DNA of 61,674 bases, counting the filler, from Dugesia japonica (taxonomy: Eukaryota): NCBI GenBank assembly GCA_001938525.1. It is 6 parts of 6 records of this genome, joined end to end, with 100 filler letters (N's around TTAATTAATTAA, not from the genome) between each part and the next. Parts side by side here need not be neighbours in the genome. Positions count along the whole stretch, not along the records: positions 9,000 to 19,460 come from MQRL01606311.1; positions 19,561 to 29,284 come from MQRL01559671.1; 4 more parts are not named here. One strand, written 5' to 3'. The notes beneath the pieces are model-generated. The model ran no database searches. It was not told the DNA's origin and saw nothing but the letters and a program-made list of their open reading frames with translations. Made by a program: the position numbers and the translations under genes. Shown here in pieces: positions 12,401 to 26,848 of the stretch (positions are counted from its first letter, which is position 1; the number at the start of each line of letters is the position of its first letter).

Positions 12401-13704
12401 ATGCAATGTTNNNNNNNNNNNNNNNNNNNNNNNNNNNNNNNNNNNNNNNNNNNNNNNNNNNNNNNNNNNNNNNNNNNNNNNNNNNNNNNNNNNNNNNNNN
12501 NNNNNNNNNNNNNNNNNNNNNNNNNNNNNNNNNNNNNNNNNNNTTGTTTAAATTTCTTATTTATACAAAAATATAAATTGGGAAAGGCAAGTTTTGAAAG
12601 AAGCGTTCAAAAAGAAAAGAATTTCAAAGAATTAATTGTAATTGAAATAAAGAATTGAATTAAAAGTCTTGTTTTAATTGATTAAAATGAAGAAGAAAAC
12701 TAATAAAACTAGTAGTCGACCTTATGAAAATTAGAAATATTTACTTTTGAAATATATATTTGAATAATAAAAGCTTTTACAATTGTAAACGTTTAATAAC
12801 TTTTGCGTTAATATTTTTATAACTTAGTGTCCGTTCCAGTAAACCTCAACTCTTTTTGTGATTTTAGAAAAAGGGTGAAAAACTAAAATTCATGCGCGTA
12901 TTTATACTAAATCGGCCGTTACAATTGACCTAAAATTAAAGTAAATTACTAATAAAAATAGTACAATTCTATAAATTAAAAAAAAATTTTTACAAATTGA
13001 AATAAATTTTTATAAAAGTTTTCGATAATTACATAAAATTATTATAAAATGTTTCGATAATTACATAAAATTCAACGAAAATCGATAAATCTGTACATAC
13101 CGATAATTATTATTTCCGTTGTGAAATCGTCAATACAGATAATAATAGAATTGCATAAATCGTCAAATTGAAAATAAAAATAAAAAGAATAAAATTTGAT
13201 ACAGATAAAATTACATAATTTGTCAAATAAAAAATTAAAAGAGTAAAATTTATACACAGATAAAATTTATACAAATGCCTGAAATGGATCACAAGTAAAA
13301 TATAATTGTAATACATGTCTGGATTTGATCACAAAATGGATAGAATTAATGTTTGAATTAGTGTTCGAATTAAGGAATCTGGAATTGGAGTTTGGCTGAT
13401 TGAGTAGCACACTGTTATGTAATTATTTTGTATTTTTTTTTATTGATTTGTACGTGTTTGTGTATTTTTAGTGTGTGGTTAATGTTTCTGTTTCCCAACA
13501 ATATTATATAATTTCCCAACTAAGCTGCAATATATTTTCACGAGTTATCAAAGATACGCGATGATTTTAAATGTATCGGTAGAACATGATTCATTTATGA
13601 TTTTACAAATTTGGCAGTTTTTCTTTTATAATAGGTGTTTTTGAACAATGATTTTATAGTAATACAGGATGATAAGTCGAATTAATTTTAAATTTTGCAT
13701 TTAG

Positions 13705-16700
13705 GCATTGCCACCATAATTATTGTATACCACAGTTGGAAACTTAATTTTGATCCTGATATCATTGCTACACCATTGGCAGCAGTTATGGGTGATACAA
13801 TCACTATTTTCATTTTATATTATGTTTCAAGATTTTGTCCCACTGAAAGTAAATTATTATTTTGAAATTCTTAATTTTATGTAAAGAGGATATTAATTTT
13901 CACCATTATCTTACTTTATCGACAACGATATTTTGTTTTCTACCTTACTTATTATCACAAGTGAATTGGAAAGAGTTCCCTGGGTGGATACCAATATTAA
14001 GTTCTATGATTTTATCAAGGTAAAATTAATTTGAAATATTTTTACTTGAAATTTTTATTAGTTTATCTGGATGGATTCTTAAAAAATTTGTGTTTAGTAT
14101 AAAGTTTTTAGCAACTCTTCAGCCTCTTGTAAATGGTATGAAAATAACTATTTTTCAATTTAAAGAAAAACATTTCAAAATTTCAGGAATTGGTGGAAAT
14201 ATTGGATCGATATTTTGTAGTTCTTTGTCCACAGATTGTCATAGATCGGGGAAAAGTAGTAATGGGAACGAAGAAAATTATTGTGCAGGTAAAATTGATG
14301 ATAAAAATGATAAAATTTAAATTATAAAATCATAAAATTATAAAATTATAAAAGAATAAAGATTTTGAGTAATGAATATCAGTCACATTACAATATCTTG
14401 ATATCTTTGAATACATTGTTAAAGTCCTTTCCCTTGTTGGCTTCTTGCTATAGATAATCTATTATAATTACATCACCTTGGGTCAATCTCTTGCTCCAAT
14501 TTTCATCAAATCCATTCATAATTTTCATTTTTATATCGTGTTCTTCATCCGCACCTTTATGCCGGTATATGTTGTTGAATTTCGATTTGAATAAATGTGA
14601 TTTTTAATACATCTTTTGAATTGTTTTTATTTTCCAAATTGGATTAACAATACTTTTACAAAATTTTTCACAAAAATCAAACAGCAAAGCAAGATGCCAA
14701 CTTTGTAATATAACGTTTACTGTTATGTATGATGGNNNNNNNNNNNNNNNNNNNNNNNNNNNNNNNNNNNNNNNNNNNNNNNNNNNAAATCGTTGCAGCT
14801 TCTTCTCAAAGATTAAAATCTTTCTTTTTACCGAAAGATAGTTCCCAAAACTATGCAGTTGCTATTGTTGAATTATTGCATATCTATCATGGTGTAAAGC
14901 AACATCTACCATACATGGCCCAGGAATACGAAATTAAAATTATAAAACAGGCATTCTCTGATTCTGAAAATGCTAAACATGTTACAACTAGACGTACTAA
15001 AGCTTCGGCAGTTGTACAAAAATTTTTTGTACCCCTTTTCAATAGAAATTGTAATAGAAGATTTGAAAAATAACGTACCATTTTCTATTTCTAATGACGC
15101 GTCGAATAGAGGCAATCATAAGCTATATTCTGCAGTCATTCAATTTTATTATCTACAGAATGGTTTGAGTTTTAAAAAATTTGATTTCTATGAAGATGCT
15201 TTTGAAGATTTAAGATCGATTAAAAATCAGCTCTGTCGAGTATTAAATGAGAACGGATTAATTTTGAACAATGTAACTGCATATGGAGCTGATAACTCTA
15301 GCGTGAATTACAGAGTAAACAATTTGGTTTTTCGAAGATTAGTGAATGAAGAAAATAAAACCATTATTGCAGCTCATTACAATGATAATTGTGCTAGAAA
15401 TGCTTTGAAATCATTATCCTTCGATATTGAAAACGTTATATTGAAAGTGCTTGCTGAGTTTTCTAATTAGTCAAAAGGCGAGAAAATTTGAAAGAATGTT
15501 ATGATTTTTACGAATCAGAATTTCGTGAAGTGGTTCNNNNNNNNCCTACTAGATGGCTATCTTTATTTAAAGCAGTTGATCGCTTGTTACTAAGCTGGCA
15601 GCCACTCAAATATTATTTTTTATCTTTGAGTGAAGATGAATGTCCAAGACCGATATGAACAATGATATCTGATCAAGAAAATGAAATATCTCCAGTAGAT
15701 GAACCTACAATTTACGAAATTTGTATGTATTTCGTTCACTCATTTATGTCTTCTTTTCAAAAAAGTTTACTAATTCTAGAAACTCGTTCAACTCTGGCAT
15801 GTGNNNNNNNNNNNNNNNNNNNNNNNNNNNNNNNNNNNNNNNNNNNNNNNNNNNNNNNNNNNNATAACATGGGCACCGAATTTTTTGATATGAAAGTAAA
15901 ATTTGCCATGATGAAAAACTATTTAGATCCTTGTCAGATGAATAAATTCAAAAAAGAGGCTTTAAATGTATATGCTAGAATATTGAAATATTTGGAAAAA
16001 TGGTTTGATTTCCAGAATTCTCCTTATATATGTACACTTTCAAGCTATGAGCCTTGCAGAAGGTAAAAAGTCTATAAGTTTGAATGAATTTTGGAAATTT
16101 GGATGCTGTCGCCAATGAAAAATGAAGTCCCACCAGACTGTTTACACGCCAAAATATGTGCGTTGAATTAGGTAATGAAGATACTTAAAGGAACATCTTC
16201 TCTTAAAAAGTGGAACTATTTCTTTCAAAAAGAGTCTGCACCAAATTTATTAAAAATGGCTCAGTTCGTTTTTTCGATTCCAGTTTCGATTGCGAATGTT
16301 GAAAGGATTTTTAGCGTAATGGGCAATCTATGGACCTACGAACGTAATCGAATGTCGTTGAATTTAGTTAAATGCTAACGTTGTATCTTCTTTAATATTC
16401 CTTATGCGAAAATGTAAGAGAAATATTTTCTAAAAATAAAAAACTGCTAAAAGCTACNNNNNNNNNNNNNNNNNNNNNNNNNNNNNNNNNNNNNNNNNNN
16501 NNNNNNAAAATTTTGTCCGGTATTCTTTAAGGTTTTACCTGGCAACTCAAACGATTATGTCCAATAATTATTCTCGCAATGATTGTAATTGGTAATAAAT
16601 TACTAATCAAAATACTAGTAGAACTGGAGATTGTTGCCAAAATTGGAGTATCCAGGCGAAAATGACACGGTTGGTAACCCTAATTAAAAAAAATCATATA

Positions 16701-17300
16701 TATACTACTTTAATAATTTCTTTTTTCTGTTTGTAATAATCCATCTTAATTTTTTAGAACAAAAGACTTGTTTCCGTGACAATAAATGACTTGTTACGAG
16801 TTTTTAGTATTATTGATTTTCATTCTCTCTGCTAGTTTGTATTAATTGTGTTTAGTTGACTAAAATAATTTTTGAATTTACTTATTTTAACGTTATATTT
16901 TAATAAATATTTTTATGAATAAAATTACATATTAAAATCTCTTTAATGCCTATTTTAGAAAATACAAAGTTATTTGGATTACTTATCATACTGAGCTCGA
17001 TCATACACACTATTCTTTTGCTGTTATGCAATTTATTTAATTTAATATCATTTGCTGATATAATGATCATTAGTTTTCCTTATTTTGTCACTGTTTTTAT
17101 TCAAGTACGTCTATGAAGGTGTATTTAATTAATCAAGTTTTCAGATTTTAGTTTTGTTGTTTATTTCACAAAAATTGGTAAATATCATGTGGCATAACAA
17201 AATAAACCCGGATAACGGAGCTATTCCGATTATTACTGGCTTGGGAGATCTACTGGGAACTTCGTTGTTATCTTTAACATTATCAGAATTTACTAGATAA
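13705..17300 (+). CDS. SLC41A: SLC41/MgtE-family Mg2+ transporter, 3' exons 13705-13848, 13887-14019, 14062-14135, 14187-14288, 16959-17104, 17145-17300
   Basis: GT-AG introns of 38, 42, 51, 2670 and 40 nt splice in phase. Protein has [39 protein letters not shown] (PX6GN) and [24 protein letters not shown] (PDX4PX6D). 5' exons not resolved. Confidence 0.88.
14640..16682 (+). mobile_element. hAT (Blackjack-like) transposon remnant inside the SLC41 intron
   Basis: BED-like [38 protein letters not shown] and dimerization motif [25 protein letters not shown]; frameshifts and stops; right-end-like CCTGGCAACTCAA (16538-16550) and TGGTAACCCTA (16672-16682). Confidence 0.85.
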
Positions 17301-18103
17301 AGACAGCTTTAAGTGTTACTTTATAAATAGTAAACTTTTATTAATAAAAATGATGGCATTTTAATTTAAAGACGAATGAATGAATAATTAAATTGATAAA
17401 TTAATGGATGAATAAACGCAGTTAAGGAAAGAATGAACGAATGAATAATTTAACGAACTGAATTTTCNTTTTACTATGCCAGAAGTGAGCAATGTGTGGG
17501 TNGCGTCTCATGTGGTTCTTTCAAGATTTTTTGTGGTTTCCTATTCAAACTTGTAAAATTAAGTAAACGCTTATATTACTAATTTTAACTCTTCGTGTGA
17601 TTAATTGAGTTCAGAATTTTCAAAAAATATATTTTGATAATTTTTGGTTAAAAATGACAACTAAATTTAATTTTAATCTAATTTCAATATGCATATGATT
17701 TGTATGTTGTGGTTCTATGCAGTTTTTTGTATTTAATAAATTCTGCCAAATATTCCAGATATTAATTTTCTTATTATTAGGNCAACCCAACACAACTTAT
17801 TGGAAAATTTAAAATTCTTTTGTCAACTTTTAATCAAAAATAATTGCAACTTTTGGTTTGCCCTAGTTATTATTCAAACAAATGTTATCTGAAAAATCCG
17901 ACTGCTATTTTGAAGGGTTATTATTCCTAGACACTTACAATCATCATTAATTGAAATTTTAGCGTTTTTTAAAATAAATGTTTCTAAAGAAAAAAATAAT
18001 TATCACGAATTGTGTATTCACAATGTATAATAATTAACCAAACATTTCATAATTACAGACTCCTCAATTTATATTGTTAATAATCATTAATGAGAATTAT
18101 TAG

Positions 18104-18700
18104 TATTGGGTTGGAAACCAAGATCCTGTACAAAGGTTATGTCTAACAGAAACTTATTTGCTTTGTATTTATTAACATATATTAGCATGGACATCACAAT
18201 AAAGGAAATGGCCAATAAATCAAGTCTGTCACGAGAAGATGTATGATTCCACATGTTGTATCACGTGAGCTGACAAAGAAATTTGACGGTACTCACACCA
18301 CCATTTGAAAGAGATTGGGATGTATGGGTTCAACACAAACTGACCGATCTTAATTGTTATGGCCACGTAGACGCCTGTGTGGCACTTCTTTTCGAAAAAG
18401 CGTAGTTACGATTATTGCAGATGAAAAACTGGCGCTTTTTTTTAATATTGCACGCAAAAGAAGCAGATTTGACAAGAGTGCAGTTCCAAAACCTCAGCCA
18501 AAGGACGATAATAGTTTGTATGTGGTGGTATATGGAAGCTGTAATTCGTTGGAAAATGTTTGGACGTAATCTGAATTGCTAAATTATACTTTCAACAATC
18601 TGTGCCATTGCACAAAAGTTGAATCATGTAATGCTTCTTCATAATAATGCCCGACTGTGGGTCAGACTGTACAAATGGTGACAACAATTTTTCCTTTAAT
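18104..18700 (+). mobile_element. Degenerate mariner transposon
   Basis: TATTGGGTTGG end; WVQHKL (WVPHEL), DEK, MWWYMEAVI, LLHNNAR (HDNARPH) in shifting frames. Confidence 0.7.
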
Positions 18701-18989
18701 ATCACATATTCTTGTGGCTGCTTCAAAATGGTTCATATTGCTACAATTTAAAAGTTAGATTATTAAAAAAACTTTTTAAATAATCTTTATTGTTCAGCTC
18801 ATTTAAATATCTATCAAATGACATATTACTTACTGACATCAATAAGCTCTATAAGCTTTAAATATTAATTTATATATAGTGTACAAGAGAACGCACGAAA
18901 TTTTATATATACTACCATGATCAAAACATACCCGGTTAACTCAATTCAAAATGAAACAAACTATTTATTCAACGCAATTTTAATTGTCA

Positions 18990-19460
18990 CCTTCGAAGTA
19001 GTGCCTATTAACCTCAACGCACCTGGAACTCCTTCTTCGGTATACCAAACAATGCATCCTTCTTTTTTTGTTTGATCGCTTCAGTGGTATCAAAACGTTT
19101 TCCTCTAAGTGCTTTTTTACCCTATTAAATAGGAAGAAGTCGCAAACAACCATATCTGGTGAATTCGAAGCTTGTTGGATGGTATTGTATTGAAGTTTTG
19201 CTAAAAATCTCGAATAACTATTACATTGTGAGCTGGTNCATTGTCATGGTGTAAAGTCCAGGACTTGTTTCTCCAGAAATTTTTTCTTTTCAAACGAACA
19301 GCTTCACGCAATCGTCTCATAACACCTAAATAATACTTCTTGTTGACTGTTTGACTTTCCGGAATAAATTCATGGTTTACAACTCCATTGAAATCGATAA
19401 AAACGGTCAGCATGACCTTCCTTTTTGACTGAAAAGTTTTTTTCTGTTTTGGCTCTTCCA
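18990..19460 (-). mobile_element. mariner transposase 3' half
   Basis: MLTVFIDFNGVVNHEF...TVNKKYY..VMRRLREAVRLKR...WTLHHDNXPAH then SPDMVVCDFFLF..VKKALRGKRF; cut by the scaffold end. Confidence 0.88.
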
Positions 19461-19560
19461 NNNNNNNNNNNNNNNNNNNNNNNNNNNNNNNNNNNNNNNN
19501 NNNNTTAATTAATTAANNNNNNNNNNNNNNNNNNNNNNNNNNNNNNNNNNNNNNNNNNNN
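19461..19560. other. Artificial scaffold linker
   Basis: 44 N + TTAATTAATTAA (19505-19516) + 44 N. Confidence 0.97.
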
Positions 19561-21399
19561 GAAATCTCAAATCCGATCAATGGTTAAGTCCAACAATTAT
19601 TCTCACAATAATTGTAATTATAAAATTTTTTAATTAGATTTTTTGTAAAAGTTAATTTAATGTTAATTTAATTGAAAATTATGCAAATCTAAAAAAAGGT
19701 AGTTAAAGGCACCATTATTATATAGTCTATGATGTTTAAGGGTTCCATTACTACGTTAAAAGTTAGTTAAGATGCAGCAAAGATGTCTTTTATGTGCTAA
19801 ATGATAGTTGAATGATATAAAATATGACATGTATTGAATAGGTAACAGTTGTGGTGGAATTCCTTCCCATTTTTCGGATTCGTGTCTAGCCAATTATTGA
19901 GAATGGTGACTTATTATTTTTAAACAATTATAGCGGTGGCCAATTTGTGACTGGATGTGAATGGTTAGAATAACCTCTATCAGAAATGCGCATGCTGAAT
20001 CCAGTTTAACATAGTNAAAATTATGCAAGCTGTTCGATAAGTTCAATTATGAACAATTTTGAGGGCCTGATCAAATCCACAATTTTAAAACTCAAAAATC
20101 AATAGCCCGCACACCCACACATACAATCTGTCTAAATATCGTTTTTTCAATATATACTTACACACACCAGCACCATAAATTTTGCACCCAAATGTGCACC
20201 TGCATTTTCTACACACAATAACACCCAAAAAAATTTTAAATCCCAAGTAAAATTCCTCCCATGAATATAAACTGCAAGAAACATTTTTTTGTATTTTTAT
20301 CGGATTTTAACATGTGATCTGATCAAAAACTTTTAATCAATCAATAACATCCAAAATTAATATATCGATCAGCAGAGTAGAGGAGTTGAATTGATCAATC
20401 AGATTAGTGGTGTCATGCTGATCTTATCTAAGCATAAGGACTTTTTAAACTTCATCAAAAAAACTAAATTTAGTCAGCAAAACAAGTTGGATCTTACTTT
20501 AAAGAAAAAGATATATGAAAAAAATTTAACTGTAATCCGCTGACATCAGAATTAAAATCTCTGACTTTTAATTTTGCCGAAGAATTAATACCATCACAAT
20601 TAGCTAATATCATCAACATTAGCAGCCTAGTCATTGAAAATATTAGCCGCCGAGTCAAAGATCTTAGTACTAATCTTACATTTTACTTCTTTATGTATAT
20701 CTGAAAACCAAACTTCCAGATCACTTCATCGGGGAGAAGGAGGCATGGTACATAAGGAAACTCATTTTCGATGTATGGATAATTTTTTATACTTATTCCA
20801 ATGATGCTAATATGTTTTTTTTAATATAAATTATTATTTCATTTTATATATAAATATATATATATATATGACTTTTTTTATTATATTGGTTCAATGCGCC
20901 ACACCCATTTTAGTGAGAAAGAAGCATTATATGACCAAGGTTCTTTAGATTATGTATAGGTAGTATTTAATGATATCAAGGTCGACTATATCCTATCAAA
21001 AATGGAGGCTTGTCGTGTTATTGACTTTACATCCTTAATAACTCTTCACGGTCACGCTGGATTGAATTGAAGATTATATCATGATATCCACTGTGTGAAT
21101 ACGCATCCATCGATATCATTACAATACATGCACTATAAAGTATCGTCCAAGAAAGTCAGTTCCCGTGCATGAATTTTTTATACCAGGTCAAACGTCAAAC
21201 CACTATATTTTCAAACTAAATCAAAATTTAGCCCAGTATATTTAGCCATGTCAAAGTTCAGCCTAATTTATTTCAGCTCAATTTGTCGACAGGGGGCCAT
21301 TACTTATCGTTTAAAAGCTTCAAAATTTTGTTTACATTGATTTGACAAAATTAATTTATTTTATTGTTTCCACATAAACTTTATTATATCCTCGAGTGT

Positions 21400-22130
21400 T
21401 TTGTATTATCTTTAAAAGATTTTCTGTAAAATTTGTTAGTCTTAAAATTATTTTGAAACATTTACGTCTTTCAAATTCTTTAATTGCTTTTATTTTTCTA
21501 AATCTGTTTCAAAACGATCTTTTCAAACGATATGATCCAGAAATTTAATCTCACTTTCCATATATACGAATTTATCAGGACTTAATTTCAAACTAGAAAG
21601 TTTGTATGTTCTTTCTCAGTCTTAGAAAATATTAGTATATCATCAAGATAAAAAATTTCTTTCTTCTAATTTTAAAGTCATAACACTTTTGCCATTAACT
21701 TGTGAAATTTTGCTGGTGCTGTAGCTATTCTAAATGACATTCGGTTGAAACAAAATTGATTGAATTTTGTAGAAATGTGTTTTTTATTTTGAACCTTCCT
21801 CTAATTCTACATGGTAATATGCATTGCTCAAATTTATAGTTGTAAAATATTTTGATTTATTCCAAATATCAAGTATTTCTCTTATATTTTGTATTGGGAA
21901 CAATAGTCTTTCAGTTATATTATTCTATAATCTAAAATCCAAGCAAATTCTAGTGTCTTTCTTCTCTTTCTTCGAAACACAAACTAATAAAATATTCCAC
22001 TTATCCTTACATTATTTAATTTCAACCATTTCTTTCATTTCCAAAATAGTCTTGTTAGTTTTTTCTTCGAAATGAATAGGTTGTCGTATATGATTTACTA
22101 CAAGTGTAACACCATATGCAACTGTTAATA
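21400..22130 (-). pseudogene. Ty3/Gypsy reverse transcriptase remnant
   Basis: RICLDFR, KYFTTINLSNAYYHVEL, NRMSFRIATAPA, FYLDDILIF, LKLSPDK, IKFLDHIV in shifting frames. Confidence 0.85.
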
Positions 22131-22149
22131 AATATAACAGTTAACTCGC

Positions 22150-22350
22150 ATTTCTTCAAAAGAGCATTTTTTTTTAAATAGGTGTAACTGGGATCACCGG
22201 AATATTCAAGAGATGTTTCGTATTTTTCGAGGATTTCTACTGGCAAATTGAATAATAAGTTGGGTAATTTGGTTGATTCTGAAGTAATCCTGGCGAGTTT
22301 GAAAAATTTTTCCACTTGCAGAAACCAGAGTTTGACATTGCGCATAAACA
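22150..22350 (-). pseudogene. Ty3/Gypsy gag N-terminal remnant
   Basis: LWFLQVEKFFKLARITSESTK matches the LWF.QVE..F....IT...TK gag motif; lies just upstream of the RT remnant. Confidence 0.65.
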
Positions 22351-22596
22351 GTAAAATTTTAAACATGCAGTGATTACAACTGCCACTGTTACTTCTGACA
22401 CCAGATAATTAAATTAAATTAAGTAATACTTTTTTTAAATAAATATTATTATCACAAATATGATATTTAAACAAATATTGTTTAATTTCAATTTTAATTT
22501 TAATGTAGAATTATTAGTAATAATTATACAGTGTTGTTAAATAAATCTTGTACGTTAAATGTCTAGAACTGATTTTATAGTTTTATTAAGGGGAAA

Positions 22597-22770
22597 TTTG
22601 AACCCAAACCAAAGGAATGTGAGCAAGCACTAAAACATCGGGTTACGAGTCATCGTCTCTATTCGAAAATCTTACAAAGGGATGTTAGATCAAATTTTTA
22701 GCGGGGTTCCCTTGAGTGACTGATCCCCCAGTCATAAACTAAAACCACTTAACTCAGATGAGACCCAAAC
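22597..22770. repeat. Dispersed repeat, LTR-end-like, copy 1 (others at 23488-23620 and 25444-25615)
   Basis: All three start T(T/G/A)TGAACCYAAAMCAAAGGA and align over 130-170 bp. Confidence 0.7.
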
Positions 22771-22974
22771 AATAATAATCGATGATGATAACAAATGAAT
22801 AGTTAATGATGGGAATTTATGACGATAAGTGATAGTGATAATAATAAATGGTGATGACGATATATAATTAACGGGAATATAAATAAAAATAATGATGATA
22901 ATAATGCTAGTGTATAAAGAATATAATAAGTATGATTAGATGTCAACGTCAGTGCTAATTCACGATAATAAAAA

Positions 22975-23065
22975 TGATAATAATAATAATAAATAATAAT
23001 AATAATAATAATAATNNNNNNNNNNNNNNNNNNNNNNNNNNNNNNNNNNNNNNNNNNNNNNNNNN

Positions 23066-23124
<59 letters not shown>
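22975..23124. repeat. (AAT)n microsatellite spanning an N gap
   Basis: AAT runs on both sides of the gap. Confidence 0.95.
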
Positions 23125-23126
<2 letters not shown>

Positions 23127-24244
23127 GGATAATAATGAATTATGAACTAAAGACTCGATTTTTTACTAGACCTACATCATTACGGATTTACAACAAACTG
23201 AAAGAGTCGTCTATCGACTACCCATCGTGCATTCCTTTAAAATTTAAAACATATAATAATGATAGTTGCAACATGGTAATGCACTAACACATCATACTAC
23301 AATAGTAACCTTTCCAACTAGGCTTACGAAGTTGTACACAGGATTATAAGGTCTCGAGTAATGAATGTCGTATATAAGTACAAGATGTTAATTTGAGGAG
23401 GCTGTTCCTATAACCAATCACTAAAACAGTAATTCACGATAATATGAACCAAAGTTTTCTGTAGAATCAAAGCGAGTATTATTGATTTGTGAACCTAAAA
23501 CAAAGGAATGCTAGCGTGCACTCAAACTACGGGTTATAAATAACCGGCTTAATTCTGAAAATCTAGAACAGGAGCACTAGATTACATTTTTTGCGGAGTT
23601 TTCACTTAGCCATGTTACCTACATTAAATAACAAAATATGAAAGGTACGAATCCAACACGAAAGTTGCAAATTGAACAATGACGCTCAAGAAAAATAAAA
23701 TAGAAAAGAAAGTAAAGCATAGTGGAAAATTACGAATAGGATTATTAATTGAATTAAAGTAAAAATAAAGGGAAATAAATAATAATAAATTTGTGAATCA
23801 ATTGTAAAAAAAATAAAACAAAATAAAATGAAAAATCATGCTAAAATGAAAAAGTGAAAAATGGAGAAACATTTTATTAGTTTTTGAACAGTCATTTTTT
23901 AATATTAATATAAAATATTATTAATAAATGAATATGCTCGATTTTTAGTGGAGGTACAGTTATATTAATTAACAATTGATTTTCAAATTAACGACTCCCA
24001 AATCTTCTGTCTTGTTTAGAATAATATGTGATGTTCAACATTTTTTGGGCGCCACCATGCGAATAGCTTTCAGGACAATAAATATTACAGAGATTTTGTT
24101 TAAAATTAAATAGGAGCCAGTTATGTTATTTTTATTTGAATTTTGTTTACACATTTTTGTAATTTTCGTTCATATTTATTAAAAGTTTTATTAAACAAAA
24201 GTTTAATTTTAGTTGATAATTGATTATTATTATTTATTATGTTA

Positions 24245-25055
24245 TGGTGAAACCCCTGTTACGAAGAATAAAAATGGCGGTAGGTAAAGCTGAAAGTGAA
24301 AAGACAGTCACCAAATAAAGAAACAAAGAATCTAAACAAAGGAAGGTCACAATTCATTGACGGAAAGAAATAATTAAAAGAAAAACCAAGGTTGGTAGTC
24401 AAAACCAACGTAATAACCAGAAAAATCTAAAGAAACAACTAAGCAAAACTAAGAAAACCATATTGAACTAATAATTAGAGAAAGAGAAAATAAATTAAAG
24501 GCATTGATTAAATTAATTTATGAAAGAAAAACGACGAACGTAAATTAAATTTAGATCAGAAAAACTAAAAATTGAACATGTAATTAAAATTTTGAAGAAA
24601 ATAAAATAAAATAATTTATTTATTTGAATAAAATAAATCATATGAATTAAAATGATGTATTTTTGAGCAGAAAATAAATTATTTGTTAAAAATAAGAAAA
24701 ATGAAGGTTTCCATTCGAGTTAAAATTGGCAGATAAGAAAATTATGGACTAGAAAAATAGGGGAATTCAAAAATGCCAGTTAGAAAATCGTAACAAGATT
24801 CAGAAAGAAGTTTGACCAATAATTTTGAAATCCTAAAATAACCACAAATAAAAAGAACTCATGTGACGTTCAAGCCAATGGAAACGTCAGTTAAATCGTA
24901 CGATTCCAATTGACCAATAAAAAGAATGAGGGTGTATCTGAAAACCGGTATAAATACCGATGTAATTTTCACCAAAAAATCAATCTTTTTTTCAAGAAAA
25001 TCCTGAAGTTAGACGGAACATTTTTCAATCATCACAGTAGGTGATTATTTTTACT
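24245..25055 (+). mobile_element. LTR-like repeat, copy 1
   Basis: Colinear with 60748-61674 from GGTGAAAC onward; carries CCAAT boxes, ATGTGAC and ACCGGTATAAATACCG (TATA box). Confidence 0.65.
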
Positions 25056-26376
25056 ATTTGATTACTGTAGCAACGATTTCCGGCTCGACTCAAAAATGAA
25101 AGATTATGGAGGGCCTCTGGAATCTTTAATGACTACTGAAATGGTGTCCATTCACATGCTATGTTTGCTCCGGATCAGGATTCAGGTCATGTTAGTTGCT
25201 TTGCTTATTATAATTGTTAAATTTAGGTACAAGTGACAGCAAAATTTATATTATATTTTTCACTTGTTAAACTCGTTTCTTTTATTTTTTTATTGATTAA
25301 TTGAACCATAAACCAGAAAAATTGTGATTAACTACGATTAAAATAGATAATACACTAGAATAGAAACGGATAAAATAAGAGTTGCTAGGAGAATAAATAG
25401 TAAAAATCAGGTATGATTTAAAAATCAAGCAAGTATATTGAAATATGAACCCAAACCAAAGGAGTGTGAGTCTATACTCGGATTACGAGTCAACGGCTTC
25501 ATTCTGAAGATCTGACTTTTTTGGGACTCCAGATTAAATTCTTCGCGGTGTTTTACTAGGCCAGCCCCCTTAGACATAATTATAAGAAACAAACCCACCC
25601 AGATAAAACCCCAATCATTATACTGCTGTTTATAATAAATAATACCTACACACCAAGTAAAAATATTAAATTGTAGTCAGAAATTTTTTTAAGAAAACAT
25701 ACAACCTATTAGAAATCTAATTGTGTTCCGAAATTATTGTGTGCTAGAGACTTTTAATGAAACTATTGGAAAAATTCATCGAAAAGAAAGACATCCGACA
25801 TAAAATATTCTAAATATATTTTGCGAAAATGATGTACAAATAAATAAAGAATTTTAAATTCGAGATATTGTGCTTGTAAATTTAAATAGACAAAAGAGAA
25901 ACTAAAAGCTTTTTACAATATATTTATCTAAAATGCTTGTTGCGTTTAGTTTTCCATTTTCAAAAAAAATTGAGTATTGATCAAAATCTTTTTTCTTGAA
26001 TATTTTTCTTGTTTTCCGAATTTTTAACATTTATCTTTACGGATAAACTTTTTGATTTGTATATGCTACCTTGAAAATCCATATGTAAAAATCAGAAATC
26101 TAATATTTGAAAAAGTTCAATCTAAAATTCTGAAAATTAACAAAAAATAAATTAAATTAAATATTTTGATTTATGTGTTTAGTGTTTATTGTTACTTGTT
26201 GGAAATTAAAGTGTTAAATGCTTACTTAAAATAAAATAAGTTTTAAGAGGTATGTTTTTGAATAAAAGAGGCGCTTAAGTAATTTGATTTAAGTATTGTT
26301 TTAATAACTATTTATTGATAATTTAATTTGTTTCCTTAAGATTTGTTTTAAAAGTTATAATTTTCAAATTTGCTAA

Positions 26377-26848
<472 letters not shown>

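Noticed and set aside
25505-25545. Hammerhead core at CTGAAGA followed by a stem
   Set aside because: No GAAA follows the stem in any of the three copies, and CTGAAGA is not conserved.
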